Shown: positions 27,481 to 42,179 of the stretch, piece by piece
Layout: each line of letters begins with the position of its first letter
Numbering within the stretch: position 1 is the stretch's first letter
Origin: the human T2T-CHM13v2.0 reference genome, Homo sapiens
Direction: 5' to 3' (one strand)
Assembly: GCF_009914755.1 (NCBI RefSeq)
Contig: NC_060944.1
DNA length: 64,000 nt
Program-made: the position numbers and the translations under genes
Notes under the pieces: generated by a model
Seen by the model: only the letters and a program-made list of their open reading frames with translations
What the model was told of the DNA's origin: nothing
Databases searched by the model: none

Positions 27481-28989
27481 GGCTGATGGCTGATGCAGTG
27501 ACTGTTTAGCCTGAGGGAAGGACCTGGGCACAGAGGTAGCTGCAGTCAAATAGCTGGGGAGGGTGTGGGTGCTGCAGGAAGAGAAGCACTGATTCCATTA
27601 CCCTGTGTGACACCAGAGGGCAGACAAAGGCCAGCACGTGGTTGCTGACTAATACATGGTTGTGTACAAAAGCAGGAATGAATGAAGTTACAGAGGACAG
27701 ATTTTGGCTTAATTGAAGAGAGAATATATTATGAGAAAAGATGGAACCAGGTCTGGGCTTGGAACTAGATCTGAGTGTGAATTCCAGCTCCATCATTCAT
27801 TCATTCATATATTCAAACAAGTACTCAATGAGTATCTGATGGGCCAGAGAGTTGGGCAACTGTCATTATGTACTGATCAACAACAATGAGGGGTGGGGGA
27901 TTTAGGATGCAGTGTTTAATACAGCTCTTAGCTTGGGGTCATCAATTATGCCATTTATGAAATCAAGATAATGATTCCTAACTGGTTGCATTGTTTTGAG
28001 GATCAGAGACAATATGTGAACAGCACCTAGCAAAATGACTGACCCAGAGAGAGTCCCAAGCAAATGTAGCAATCCTTGACATCACACACCATCAAGTCAA
28101 GAGTTTTTGCCAGAGAAGATCAGGGTCAGGCCAGTTTTCCCAGAGACCCATTTCCCAGCCAGCTGGCCATTTTCCTGAAAGGGTTAAGGAATCTTTACAA
28201 AGAGTTTACCACCACCCCAGCCAGCCTCTATTGTTTTAAAAGCCATGATCCGTCTTCCCTATTTGAATTGCTTTAGTTATATAACATGTTCCTAAAATAA
28301 TCTGGCTAAAATTTTGCCTGGTACTTCCTTCTGCCTGCCTCATCTCTACTGAACCATCCCAAGGGAGTACCAAGCCTGAACATTCTCTGAACTGCCCACA
28401 AAGAAACCCTTTTATGAGGTCTGTGTGGTAAAGAACAGGAAGAATATCAGGTTTCAGGGTCCACCCTCCTCTTTGGCAGAAAATACCTCTTAAGGTGACT
28501 GTGTGCTGGCTGCCTGGTATATTTTGGTCATGTTGGGAGGTACAAAGTCAGGGAAAGGGTCCTGTGGCTCTTCGTGTAGGCTTCCATTGCACAAAGTCCT
28601 GTAACAAAGGTTCTCTTTCTTGAACCATTTGTCTCCACTGCCAGGCTGCAAGCTCTCTGTTAGGCAGGGGCCATTCTTTGCTCCTCTCTCTCTATAACTA
28701 CCCAGGGATTGGTCTAGCTTTGGGATGCGTAAGGATGGGACTACTGGTCTGCAGTCCCACTTTCCTAAGAGGGTCCTAGTAGGATGATTCCGGCAGAACC
28801 TGTCTGTGCGTACATCCACTTGGCAGCTGCCTTCCTGAGGCAGGAGTTTCAGGGAATAGAGGAACCAGTAAGAAGCACTGTTCTCCCAGCCAGAAAGTCT
28901 ATTTCACCTTGATTTCCTGTCTCTCCTTCACTCGCCTTCATGGTAGAGAGACCGCTAAAGGTCAAAGGAAAGACAAAGTTGCTTGGTTT

Positions 28990-30075
28990 TGAAAGTAGAA
29001 TATCTGCTCTGGGGTCCAGGGCCCATTATCTATTTGTCATATGACTTCAAGAAGATCTTTTAATATCTGAGAGCATCAGTTTCCTCAACTGCAAAATGAA
29101 TTCGATAATAATCATATGGACTATACAGGGTTACTGAGAGAATGACTAAGACTCCATATTTGAGCATGCTTATCATAGTACCTGGCACCTTGTGGGAATC
29201 TGCTAGGCTCCATGCCAGTACCTGGCCCCAGGCCTCTGTTCAGAAAACAGCTGTGGCAGCAGCTTCTGCCCACATGGTAGAAAAGCCAGCTGACCTATCA
29301 GTAAGGAAGTGAAGTTCTCCCTTTCTCCCGGCTGTCAGTGACCTTCCTCTGTGAGACTGGTGAATGTTGGGCTACCATCCACAGTAGAGGAGAAGGAACA
29401 CTGATTTAGGAGTCAGAGAGCCTTATTTGCTTCTAATTCTATCCCTACTCTTTCTTCATTGTGTGACTTTGGGCTTATTTACTTCAGTTCTCTGAAGCTC
29501 AATTTTCTCATTCACAAAATAGGAATAATATCTAATGATAGGGTTCCTTGGGAGCTTCAGAGTGGAATTTATATAAAGCATAAGTTTTAGCACATAGTAG
29601 GTGCCCAATAAAAGTTATCTTCTTCTTTGGGCATTTTCTACTAGAAATCCCAGAGCCAAAGTGGAATTTAAAATTATCAGAGCGCATATTTTAGATTACA
29701 TTTTAATGTAATATAGTTATATTTCAATATATCCTGGTCCTGACCTTCACATTTTCCTGATACTGATTATTTTTCTCACTATTTTTTAAATTGTAGGTTC
29801 TTTTATTGGATATATCCCCAAATTCTTTGCAGAATGAGATGGATAGACTCTAACTGAAATCAGGAGAGATGTATTCTCATTACGACTCTGCAATATATGT
29901 ATGATTTGGGCCATGAAAGCTCTCTGAACCTCAGTTTCCTCATCTGTAGAATGGGAATAATTAAAAACCTACTAGCTACCTTATTCCTACAGGAATAAGG
30001 AACTATTGCTGCAGTGGAGCGTTTTGCAGAAAGACTTCGTAAACTATGAAAGGCTTACAAGTAGAACCATGTATT
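28990..30075 (+). mobile_element. Three consecutive MIR copies (~28990-29195, ~29390-29620, ~29850-30075)
   Basis: Each has the core CTCTGA..CTCAGTTTCCTCA..TG.AAAAT. Confidence 0.7.
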
Positions 30076-30819
30076 ATTTGTGATATAATACCTCATTTTA
30101 TTCATCTTTGAAACTACCTCTCTCCCCAGACCGTGCCACATGGCTTACAGCACAGGGGTAGGCATGTACTGAGAAAAAGTCCATTAAATCCCAGCTCCAA
30201 GGTGACACTTAGCAGAGAGCTAGATGGCCCAGTGTCTGTCTGATGACCCTTAGAGAAGGACTGCCTTTACCTTCCAGACATGGAATAATTCAATAGAGGG
30301 AAAGCATAAAAATCAGGACGGAGTTAACTCATGGTACCCAGTAGGCAAGTTAATCTGTCAAATGCCATTATGGGAAGAGCAGACTACCAAGTCCCCATAT
30401 CACAGGAATTCAAAAGGAATTTATTTTGAAGCATTTTTGTTTGGACTGAAAATGAACAAGAAGATGACATGTGAACAAAAGAGATAAAGAAGAAGATTTA
30501 AGCACCAGAAGAAAGACCCAGAAAATGATCCCAGTGAGCAAAAGATCGCAGAGAAAAATAACAAGTACACAGGGCAGTAAGATCAAAATCAGATTACTTA
30601 ATAAAAGCTAGCATTTCTCTAAATGGAAAACAATGCACGTTGTTTGTCCTTGAAATGTGACACGTACTCCTTTTTCAAGAATACCAAGGCACTCCAAAGC
30701 AATGGCCCATATCTGACAAAGCCCCATCACCCTAGAGCCCTGGAGGTCATTGTTCCTATACAATATTAGAAGGTTTGATTGAATAGATGTCACAGAACTT
30801 AGCAGTCACTTGAAATAGA

Positions 30820-31085
30820 AAAATCAAACACCGCATGTTCTCACTCATAGGTGGAAATTGAATAGTGAGAACACATGGACACAGGAAGGGAAACATCACA
30901 CACCGGGGCCTGTTGTGGGGTGGGGGATGGGGGAGGGATAGCATTTGGAGATACACCTAATGTTAAATGACGAGTTACTGGGTGCAGCACACCAACATGG
31001 TACATGTATACATATGTAACTAACCTGCACGTTGTGCACATGTACCCTAAAACTTAAAGCATAATAAAAAAAAGAAAAAAGAAAA
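30820..31085 (+). mobile_element. 5'-truncated L1PA (about PA4/5) 3' end
   Basis: CACCGCATGTTCTCACTCATAGGTGG...GTACCCTAAAACTTAAAG followed by an A-rich tail. No clear TSD. Confidence 0.9.
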
Positions 31086-32230
31086 CCCCAGAAAATAAAC
31101 CTATGCAGGGACAGGTAGAATTTGAATTAGGCTAGGGCCTACCTGGTCAATAATGAAATAATTGCTCAAGGCACGTTCTTCTGTAATCTTTTGCAATGTA
31201 ACAACTATTCTGTGCCCTACCTCTCAATGCTGCCTCAACATTTGTACATAATCTCAGGGCCTCCTAAAGACACCGATTCAGAGGCCAGACAGTCACTTCC
31301 CTAATGCCACAAAAATAGATTCAATTCTACATACATCAGGGTGATTTCAGAAGCAATTTCTCATCTCCAGTGTAAGCATTACTTACATTTTTCCCCCTCA
31401 AATCTCATCCCAGTGGTTCCACAGGGCATTTTAAAGGTACCTGATGCATTCTAGGGCAGTCAAAAGATCCTGAGAGTGTTTTTGTAGCTGTAGCCTGAGG
31501 ACGTCAGATGCATAGAGAGTCCTAACGTATTCAGTGATTCAGACTAATGCAGAATTTTCTAATAATTGAGTATAATAAGTCAATCATTATTTAAATATTT
31601 TAGAAAGCAATATTGTTATGATGAATGCATATATACAGTCATATATGTATATTTGTGTATATATGACTGTGTAGGTTTATACCTCTCTCTGTATATTTAC
31701 GTGTCTGTGTAAATATAAAACACATATGCACACACATACATACACACCTTAATCATTTGAAAAGTTTGTCCCTGGCCTTTAAAACATCTAATTAGATTTC
31801 ACTGGATATTTCTCCTCTTCCTTTATGGCAAGTTAAACTATTTCAGTCTTGGGTGTTTTCATCTTAAGGGTCTAAGTTTTGGCCCATAGCGAACAGTGAC
31901 AATGTTATCCTTTGAAACATAAGAAATCAGTATTACCCAGGTTTGCATTTGAGATCAGAAAGATTGAGAACCAATATCTAAAATTTCAGGGTCACAATGA
32001 TTGTCAAGAAGTTTTGGCCATAATCATTTTGCTTTTAAGAGTCCTCCCAGGGTACTTTTACAAATGGAAAAAAGTGCACAAGAGGCTGGACTGGACAGAA
32101 AAGGATGAATTGGTATTACTTGACCAGTATTTTCAATCAGATGAACTTGCAAATGAACTTCTCTGCCCCAGAGCCGAAAGCAGGGGATCCAGTGACAACT
32201 TAGCATAGCCAGAGACTCAGTGAGCTCCTG

Positions 32231-32551
32231 ATGAGCCTTTCTCTTTTTTTCTATTATTATTAATTGACACTAATTATATACATATTTATGGGGTATAGTG
32301 TGATACATGTATATAATGTATAATAATCAGGGTAATTAATATATTAATCACCTCTAAATTTATCATTCCTTTGTGTTAGAAACATTCAAAATCCACTGCT
32401 TTAGCTATTTGAAAATATACAATAAACTGTTATTAATTATAGTCACCCTACAGTACAATAGAACATTAGAACTTATTCCTCCTAGCTACCTGTAATTTTG
32501 CAACAGAGGTTGGTTTACAGATGCAAAATTATAGCTAGGATGTTCCTTTCT
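32231..32551 (-). mobile_element. L1MA-type 3' end with short 5' inversion
   Basis: T-rich tail, then minus L1MA 3'UTR (to ~32500), then a plus-orientation L1MA piece (32503-32540). Degenerate TSD ATGAGCCTTTCT / ATGTTCCTTTCT. Confidence 0.75.
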
Positions 32552-32809
32552 TTTAAGGAAAAATCAAGCCCATTTTCTTGTCAACCCTGGTCTATGTCAA
32601 CAACCAATTTCCCTGCTTCTAGGAAATGTATGAGTCTCAGTGATTTATCTGGATTGAAAATGGGAAAAAAAGGACTGGCTTCATGGTTAGGCAAACCGCA
32701 AATTTGCTCTGATCCCTAAGAAAAACAGATGTTAAATATTTGCTCATAATCAGTATGTGCCATTAGACTTTGTCTTTAAAAGCCATTATCTAACCTTAAG
32801 AAGAACTCA

Positions 32810-33790
<981 letters not shown>

Positions 33791-35144
33791 TAATCTCTCT
33801 TCCCAAAGACAGTACATCAGTATCTAAGCATAGCTATTGCCTCTGTCCAAGTGCTGTATTCTAAATCTGGGTGCCTATGAGAACTCTCTGAATGACTTAC
33901 AAAATCCATATCCCTCAGTTGGGCCCCACCTCTCATCCCCCAGGAGATTTTGATTCAGGAGATAAGGTGTGGGGTCCAGATATGGATGTGTTGAAAACCT
34001 CCCCAGGTAGGTTCTGTGCTACACTGGAGCTTAGGAATCATGGGCCTGAGTTACTCTCAGATCTGGATCCATTAAAAACAAGCTGTGTGGCTCTGAGATG
34101 GCTGGCCAAACACACTTAGCATTGCATAGCTTACCTATAAAATGGGAACAATAATACTAAGGATCTTACAGGACTATGGTGAGGATGAGAGACAGTGTCT
34201 ACATTATAGAAGGGGATAAATTTTTTCTTTCTTTCTTTATCCTCTCATAGATCCCCATCATCCCAAACTGATCATCTCTTGAGTGATTTTTTACAAAATG
34301 GAGGTTCTTCCATTTGTAGCTTACATGGTATGTGGAGGACATCTGTGTTATGCACAGATTCTTTGAGACTTCTTGCATTACCCAATTTGGGGAAGAGGCT
34401 GGGAAATCTAGTCTGTTAACTGTCTGATAGAATGGCTGTAAGAACAGAAGCAAGTCTGTCCACAAGGAAGCCTTAGATGTTGGCAGTCTTGGAGTTCTTC
34501 TTAGGATAAGGGTTAACCCTGATATCTTAACCACCCAAATCTTGGGATCCTTTATTAACACTGCACAAGGACTCAGGTGCCCTTGACCAATGCTACTTGG
34601 AACACTGGCTGTGGTGGAACTGGCAAATGTTTGAGGGATGAGGCTTCCAATCTAAATATGTAACTCATCAGCCATTGTATTTTAGATAAGTTGCTTCTCT
34701 GAGCCTCAGTTTCCTAACCACTCAGAGTGGAGACAGTCATAATCTGTGACTCACCTACCTTATGTGGTGTATATGAAACACAGATTTGAAAATCTTAAGC
34801 CACTCAATTCAGTGTGGCATATTTTTCTCCTTAAGGACATAACCATCCTCCTCCTCTTTCTTTTTTACTGCTATTATTTTTAACCTGTCTCTATTTATGT
34901 CCACAAGCAGTTAGGATGACTTGCTCCCATTTCCATCTGATTTGGGGAAGATTTTTTAAATATTCCTTTTCATCTTAGGATGAACTGCCCCAAGTCTTTG
35001 TCAGGGAGAACCTTCATCCCAGTCCATATCAGGCAAGCATCCATACCCTATGCCTGGCAGCACCTGATCAATGTGTGGGGTTCACAGCAGAAGTACTAGG
35101 GCTGAGCTGGACCACGGATGTCCCCTTCCCCTTTGTTGGCTCTA

Positions 35145-35384
<240 letters not shown>

Positions 35385-35834
35385 TCATCCTCAACCCCCA
35401 AATCTGGTTCATTCTCCAGAAAAAGAATCAAGGCAGAACAAACCATGAATGGTTTCCATTTACTCAGAAATATGAGACTCACGCTGCTGCCTCACCCCCG
35501 ACAATGCATGTGTTCTATGTTTGAGCCTAAAATGGGAAATCAATGAGACTTGTACAATGCTTCCCCCACTCTCCTTTCAGAGGAAATCAACAAGATTTGT
35601 ATTCCTTTCCCTAAGTCTCCTTTCAGAGGGAGGAAGTGGCTAGACTGGCCTTTCTGTTTCTGTGGCTCTGAATGAGATTAAAAATGGAGGCTTGTCTTTC
35701 TCAGGAACTGAGCTCATCAAAAACCTACCAAATAATAGTAGAGTGAAGCAGGGGCTGGTGGTTGGAAATGGATGAGTGTGCGGGTTAGTTTCACAGCTCA
35801 AAAGAAGGAAATTTAGAGCTGAATTGATGCAACC

Positions 35835-35852
35835 TTATTCCCATGGGAATAA
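35835..35852. promoter_or_regulatory. Perfect 18-bp palindrome containing EBF/COE consensus ATTCCCNNGGGAAT
   Basis: TTATTCCCATGGGAATAA in non-repeat DNA. Motif match only. Confidence 0.45.
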
Positions 35853-35915
35853 AAGACCCTCAGAACCAGACGGATATTATCATAATATAACTATTATGAT
35901 AATAATAGTGTAGAG

Positions 35916-36077
35916 CAGTGCTTCTCAAACTTTGGTGTAAATTTGAATCACCTGAAGAGTCACAAAAAAATACACACACACACACACACACAGAGGCTCA
36001 GGATCATTGAAGTAGGACAGGACCTAGAATTCTACATGGCCATCAAGTTCCCCAAGTTATTCTGACACCAGCCACTG
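35916..36077. mobile_element. MER5-family MITE with internal (CA)n
   Basis: CAGTGCTTCTCAAACTTT..GAATCACCTG..AAGTTCCCC. Confidence 0.7.
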
Positions 36078-36084
36078 GAGGTTA

Positions 36085-36325
36085 AAAATATCAGCTTTGG
36101 TGTCAGACAGACTCAGGTTCATAGCTTACCTCTGCTGCCTGCCAACTAGCTGCAAGACCCAGGGCAAATTTCTTACTCTAAATCCTGAACTATTCTTCTG
36201 TATACTGTGGCAGATGACAGGACCAACCTTATAGGGTTGTGAGGATTAAATGAGACAATGCATAAAATACACAGAGCACAGTGCCTCGCACATAGTGGAC
36301 ACTAGACACCTAGCAGTTGCTATTC
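36085..36325 (+). mobile_element. MIR
   Basis: GCTTTGGTGTCAGACAGAC..ATAGGGTTGTGAGGATTAAATGAGACAATGCAT. Confidence 0.8.
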
Positions 36326-36942
36326 TTGTTTTTTCTACTATTGCCAGTGGATCCAACTATATTCTAATGTTGGAATTCCCTCCCCAACAGCCCCACTGTG
36401 GGATCCCATCTCTCCCTGAATTCTTTCAAATGATGTGGACTTTGACCTCACTGAGGAACTAAAAAGTTAAAAAGTTCTTTTCTATGGATTTAAAATCTAT
36501 GTCCTTTAAATTTTAACTGGATAGGTCTCAGATATATCATTAGAGATACAAAAATATGACTAACTCCTCTTGCATATAAGAGTTATTCAAATATTTCGAA
36601 AAAGCGAACATGGTCCCTCTTTTTCCAACATATATGCATCGAAATATAGCTGTTATAGTCTTATCACATGAAAGGCTATAGGTTAAACATCAGATATCTT
36701 GAGAGTAAATTTCTCCAAGTCTCTTACTCCATCCTTCACAACAGTAGGCTTCAAATTCAATTTTGGTCATTCCTGTCCTGTCTCAACACACAAAAAGGGC
36801 TGTCCCAGAGAGGTCAAATCCAGTGCAATACAGGGAATAATTTTCCAAGGTTGAGCCCCACTGATCATGAAACAGATAGTTTCAAGAGGTAACAATCTCC
36901 CTGCCAGAGGAAGTATAAAAGGAAAGGATAAACCTCAACTTA

Positions 36943-37246
36943 GGCTGGGAACAGTGGCTCATGCCTGTAATCCCAGCACGCTGGGAGGCTGAGCTGGGCA
37001 GATCACTTGAGCCCAGGAATTGAGACCAGCTTGGGCAACATGGTGAAACCCCATCTCTACAAAAATTAGCCAGGTGTGGTGGTGCACACCTGTGCTACTC
37101 AGCAGGCTGAGGTGGGAAGATCACTTGAGAGCCCAAGAGGTGGAGGCTGCAGTGAGCCGAGATCACGCCTCTGCACTCCAGTCTGGGTGACAGAGTGAGA
37201 CCCCATCAAACAAACAAACAAACAAAAAACAGAAAAGAAAAGAAAG
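36943..37246 (+). mobile_element. AluJ
   Basis: GATCACTTGAGCCCAGGA and GGAGGCTGCAGTGAG; TSD AAACCTCA(A/G)CTTAG. Confidence 0.9.
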
Positions 37247-37343
37247 ACCCAAACCTCAGCTTAGAAGTGTTTTAGAGGAGTTCACATAGGACAAATTCCA
37301 GTTTGATAGCATCCTCCTTGAAACATGAATCTCATGCTCTAGG

Positions 37344-38234
<891 letters not shown>

Positions 38235-40367
38235 TAAAATGGAATTCTTTATTCACTAATTTTTTTAAGTTGGCTCGGGGAAAGAAAGGCACTCAGGAAG
38301 AGGAATGCATCTTTTCATTATAATGCTTTGGCCACAGGCACACTGTTCTACCAGTAAAATGATTCCAGGCAGATATACAACAAGAAATGAAGCATTGGAT
38401 TGGTCAGACAATTAGACAGGGGCGGGGGAATGCCAACGAAAGAAAAATGAGCAATTCTGCTTCTGATGACATTTTGAAATTTTATTCTTCATTTATTATC
38501 AAAAAGGAGTGTGTTTAAAAATGTATATGTGACCTTCTTAATCATAAATTTGAAAAGAAATATAGCAGATTCTTTGCTTCTATCTGAGCTCTGCTCACAT
38601 TGCCCCAGCAGGAAATAAAAGGAAATCTGATAAGAGAGTTAACTTAAAACTATAAATGAGTATGTTTCGGAGGCTTTGATATTTCCTTAGGGGCAGAACT
38701 CTCAACCAATCTCATTCCATTCAGGGTAAAGTAATATGGAAAGGGTTGTCTTAGGCACAGATCATTGGTTTTCAAAGGAATCATAATAATAATGAAAGCC
38801 TTGCTGCTTTTATGAAAAATGGTACTTTATAGAAATGTTTGGGTAGCTCTGAACACCTGTATTAAAAAAAGAAAAACTAAGCATCCCCAAAACACATATT
38901 TAAAAATTGGAAAGCTAACTGAATTGTAAAAATATCAGATATATTACATCCTTAGTATTTAAAGCTGATGGCTGACTCTGTATTTTCATGGTGATAATAA
39001 TGTTATATAATCATTTTAATGTATGGATAGATGTTATGGCAATTGGCAAAGACAGCTACAAGGTGGAAATGGAGGGGGTATTTGTGGAAGGAAATAAAAC
39101 ACAAAACCACAGTTTGGGGATCTATATCTATTCTTTCAGAATTCTGAATTTAAGTGTTAAAAAGACCTCTCAGTAACACAGAAAAATTGACATTCATCTC
39201 CATAGCCAAATAATTTAATTTACTACCTCATTATTTTTCTCTCTCAACGAAAGAGAAACCCAAATCTGTGAATAGGGCAAACAAGACCCTTAAACTAAGG
39301 ACTGGGCTTCAACTCAGTCTTATTCTCTGCACATAACCTTATCCTCCCCTTTCAGAAAACATCAACTACCTCCTCCCACCACACTATTTCTCAATACTCC
39401 ATATTCCTTGATGTGTCCCTCTTCTTCTCCACTGGTCACCTCCTCTTTGTCCTCCAAGGCTCAATGTAAGTGTCACATCTCCTCTGAGGCTTCTCCCTGC
39501 TCTTCTACATAGAATTATAATTTTCTCCTCTTGCTTGACTCATCCATTGAACATGTACATGTATGAGTCTCTGCTAAATACTAGAAGATCATGTCTTCTT
39601 GACCTTAATCCACATGGAACATGAAGACTAATGGCAAAGACGGGCATTAAACAGATAAATACAGAGACAAAAATCACAAAGACGATGAACACCAAGAAGA
39701 AATACCTGTTGCTATGTAAGAGCTAGAACCTGGTTTGAACCCTGGCAGCAGATCAGGGAGGGTTTTGGTGCCATGTTAGCTACGTACTTGTTGAGTCAAA
39801 TTGCAGTGATTCAACTCTTTCACCTACTACGACAAGAACTTCTTGGGAAAGGGCTTTTGACTCTTTGCACCTACTCCAATTTCTTGCTGAGTGTCTGGCA
39901 CATGGCTCAATAAACTTGTTGCACGAATTTATACTTAAAAGTCTGCAATTTGGAGTCTAGAAAAGATAGTCCTCTTACTCTGAACACAAATTACAACCAC
40001 TTTAAAAGTAGATACGTGCAAAGAAAGAGAAGGAAACGCCTGCACAAAATTAGCTGGTGACCTGGAATATTCGTAACTAGAAATATTTTGGGCGGTAACT
40101 TAGCATTTCCTTCTTGGAATGTTTGCAGAATTAACAAAATATTCATGGGAGTCAGAGATTTCCCCCGCAGAGCCCACAAAATAGCTGCAGCTATAGCATG
40201 TTGAAGAAGAAAAAAAAAATCTCATGCAATAGTCATATGACTCATGGGATGATCATATAATTCATGGAATTCTCAGAGCCTTCAAAACTCAAGTACTTAT
40301 GACTTTCTGAACTGAGGATTTTTTTCTGTAGTTGCTTTGAGATTTTTGCCAACTGGGTCACACAATT

Positions 40368-40386
40368 TCGCCAGCAGGGGGTACCA
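40368..40386 (+). promoter_or_regulatory. CTCF-like motif
   Basis: TCGCCAGCAGGGGGTACCA against consensus TGGCCASCAGRGGGCRCYA. Motif match only. Confidence 0.4.
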
Positions 40387-40868
40387 AAAGCTGATAAAAA
40401 GAGAGTATGCATAAGTCTGTTTATTCCTTTGCAGGAACATTTCCAAAGCTGAAGACTGTTTTAAGACACAGCAATCCAAAGTTTACTGCTTCTGACAGGT
40501 GAGGACGAGGTGACGCGGCCATAGCTCTTGGCATTTTCCTTCTAACGGATCACTTTGAGCTCTCTCTGACCTTCGCTTGTTAGCTGAGGGAGGGGTAGGT
40601 GGCAGGGGATGGGCCCAGGATGGACCATGAGTCCTGTGATTTGTTCTGAGTGCCACTCTTTACAAGGGATACTGGCAGGTAGAATGGCTCACGGGAGAGG
40701 AATGAAGGGCTGTTAAAAGTGTGGAAATCATGCTACGAGAGGAGGAGTGCGTGAAACATCCAGGGACATTTCTCACGGAGAGGGAATACAAAGTAACGTT
40801 CTCTTCATGCATCTGATGGTTGGGTCTCTATGGTCCCAGGGGCAGAATGAGGACCAGGTTGGCTTGAT

Positions 40869-41082
40869 ACAACGAAGGAATTTCTTTTTTTTTTTTTATT
40901 ATACTTTTAGTTTTAGGGTACATGTGCACAACGTGCAGGTTTGTTACATATGTATACATGTGCCATGTTGGTCTGTGGTGGGGTGGGGGGAGGGGGGAGG
41001 GATAGCATTAGGAGATATACCTAATGTTAAATGACGAGTTAATGGGTGCAGCACACCAACATGGCACAACGAAGGAATTTCT
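40869..41082 (-). mobile_element. Tiny 5'-inverted (twin-primed) L1PA4/5-type 3'UTR insertion
   Basis: TSD ACAACGAAGGAATTTCT at 40869-40885 and 41066-41082. Poly(T) plus L1 3' end is on minus (40886-40972), then L1 3'UTR is on plus (40973-41068). Confidence 0.92.
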
Positions 41083-42179
41083 AGCAAAGTAGAACTGCTT
41101 AGGTCTCTTTTGGAAGCACCTAACGCCTGAATTCCCCTCCCCAATTTTTCTGGTTTAGCAACCTTCTCTTCACCTTTTAAGGCCCAACTCAAATGTCCCC
41201 TACTCTTAGAAGTCTTTGCCTCCTTCCCAAAGTTAGAAGTTCCCTCCTCTTTGCTCATTAATTTGTTGGACAAATAGTTAATGAGCAAGTACGTTGAATC
41301 TGTGGCTGTTAGAAGGAAGGAGATGATGATATGAAAAACAAGACAGGAATCCTGCCCTGTTTGGCTTTTGCAAGTACTCAGCTCCCTGCTATTGGAGAAG
41401 TTCAAGTAGAGACTGGGAAACCACTTAGAAAAGAGGTGGTGGAGGATCCCAGGATTTGGACTCTGCAAAACCCTTGACTCTCTTCTGGGCTAGGAACAGG
41501 ACCATCCAGCCAACTGGTGGGGGCAGGAGTCTACAGGGTTCCACCTAGAGTTTTTCCCTGAATGTGGGAGCCATGCCCACTCTCCTGGGGAGACACTGAT
41601 CAGGCACTCTTCCTCTTCCCCATAGGGCTCCTCCTCTGGGCCATCCTCCATTGCAATCTCCAGATAAACTTTCCTGGAAACCATGAAGATTGAAATCCTG
41701 GAGTCAGAGATCTCAGCCATAGGAAGTGGACCAAAAAAAAAATTCACAAGTGAGGCCCTGCTTCTACTAAAAGCTGGCACTGTCCTCTTTGAATCCAGGA
41801 TGCTCTGCTGGCATGACTAGATCTCAGCTTAAAGTTACACATCGCAACTGTAAGGGAACTATAGCATCTTCTCATTTCATAGACAAGACACTGAGGCCTG
41901 GACAGAGTAGTCCCTTAGCTAAGATGCACAGCATGTAGGATGCAAGCCCTGCTTTCTGCCTGCCAGTTCAGGAATGTGGACACCTGCTCCACATTCCTCC
42001 ATGCTTCTTCTAGGGATTTGCCCTTCCAGATTAGAAGGGCAAATTCAGTCTGTGGTACACATGATTCCAGTGTCTTACAAATGCAGCAAAACTTTATTCA
42101 TCTATGCCCCCACTGACTCAGAATTACTGTAATTGAGGCAAAGGCTGAGCTACATCACATAAGAATCAATAGTGTAGCA

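Noticed and set aside
30440-30610. A-rich, coding-looking stretch (processed pseudogene?)
   Set aside because: Frames are interrupted by stops, no protein is recognisable, and there is no TSD.
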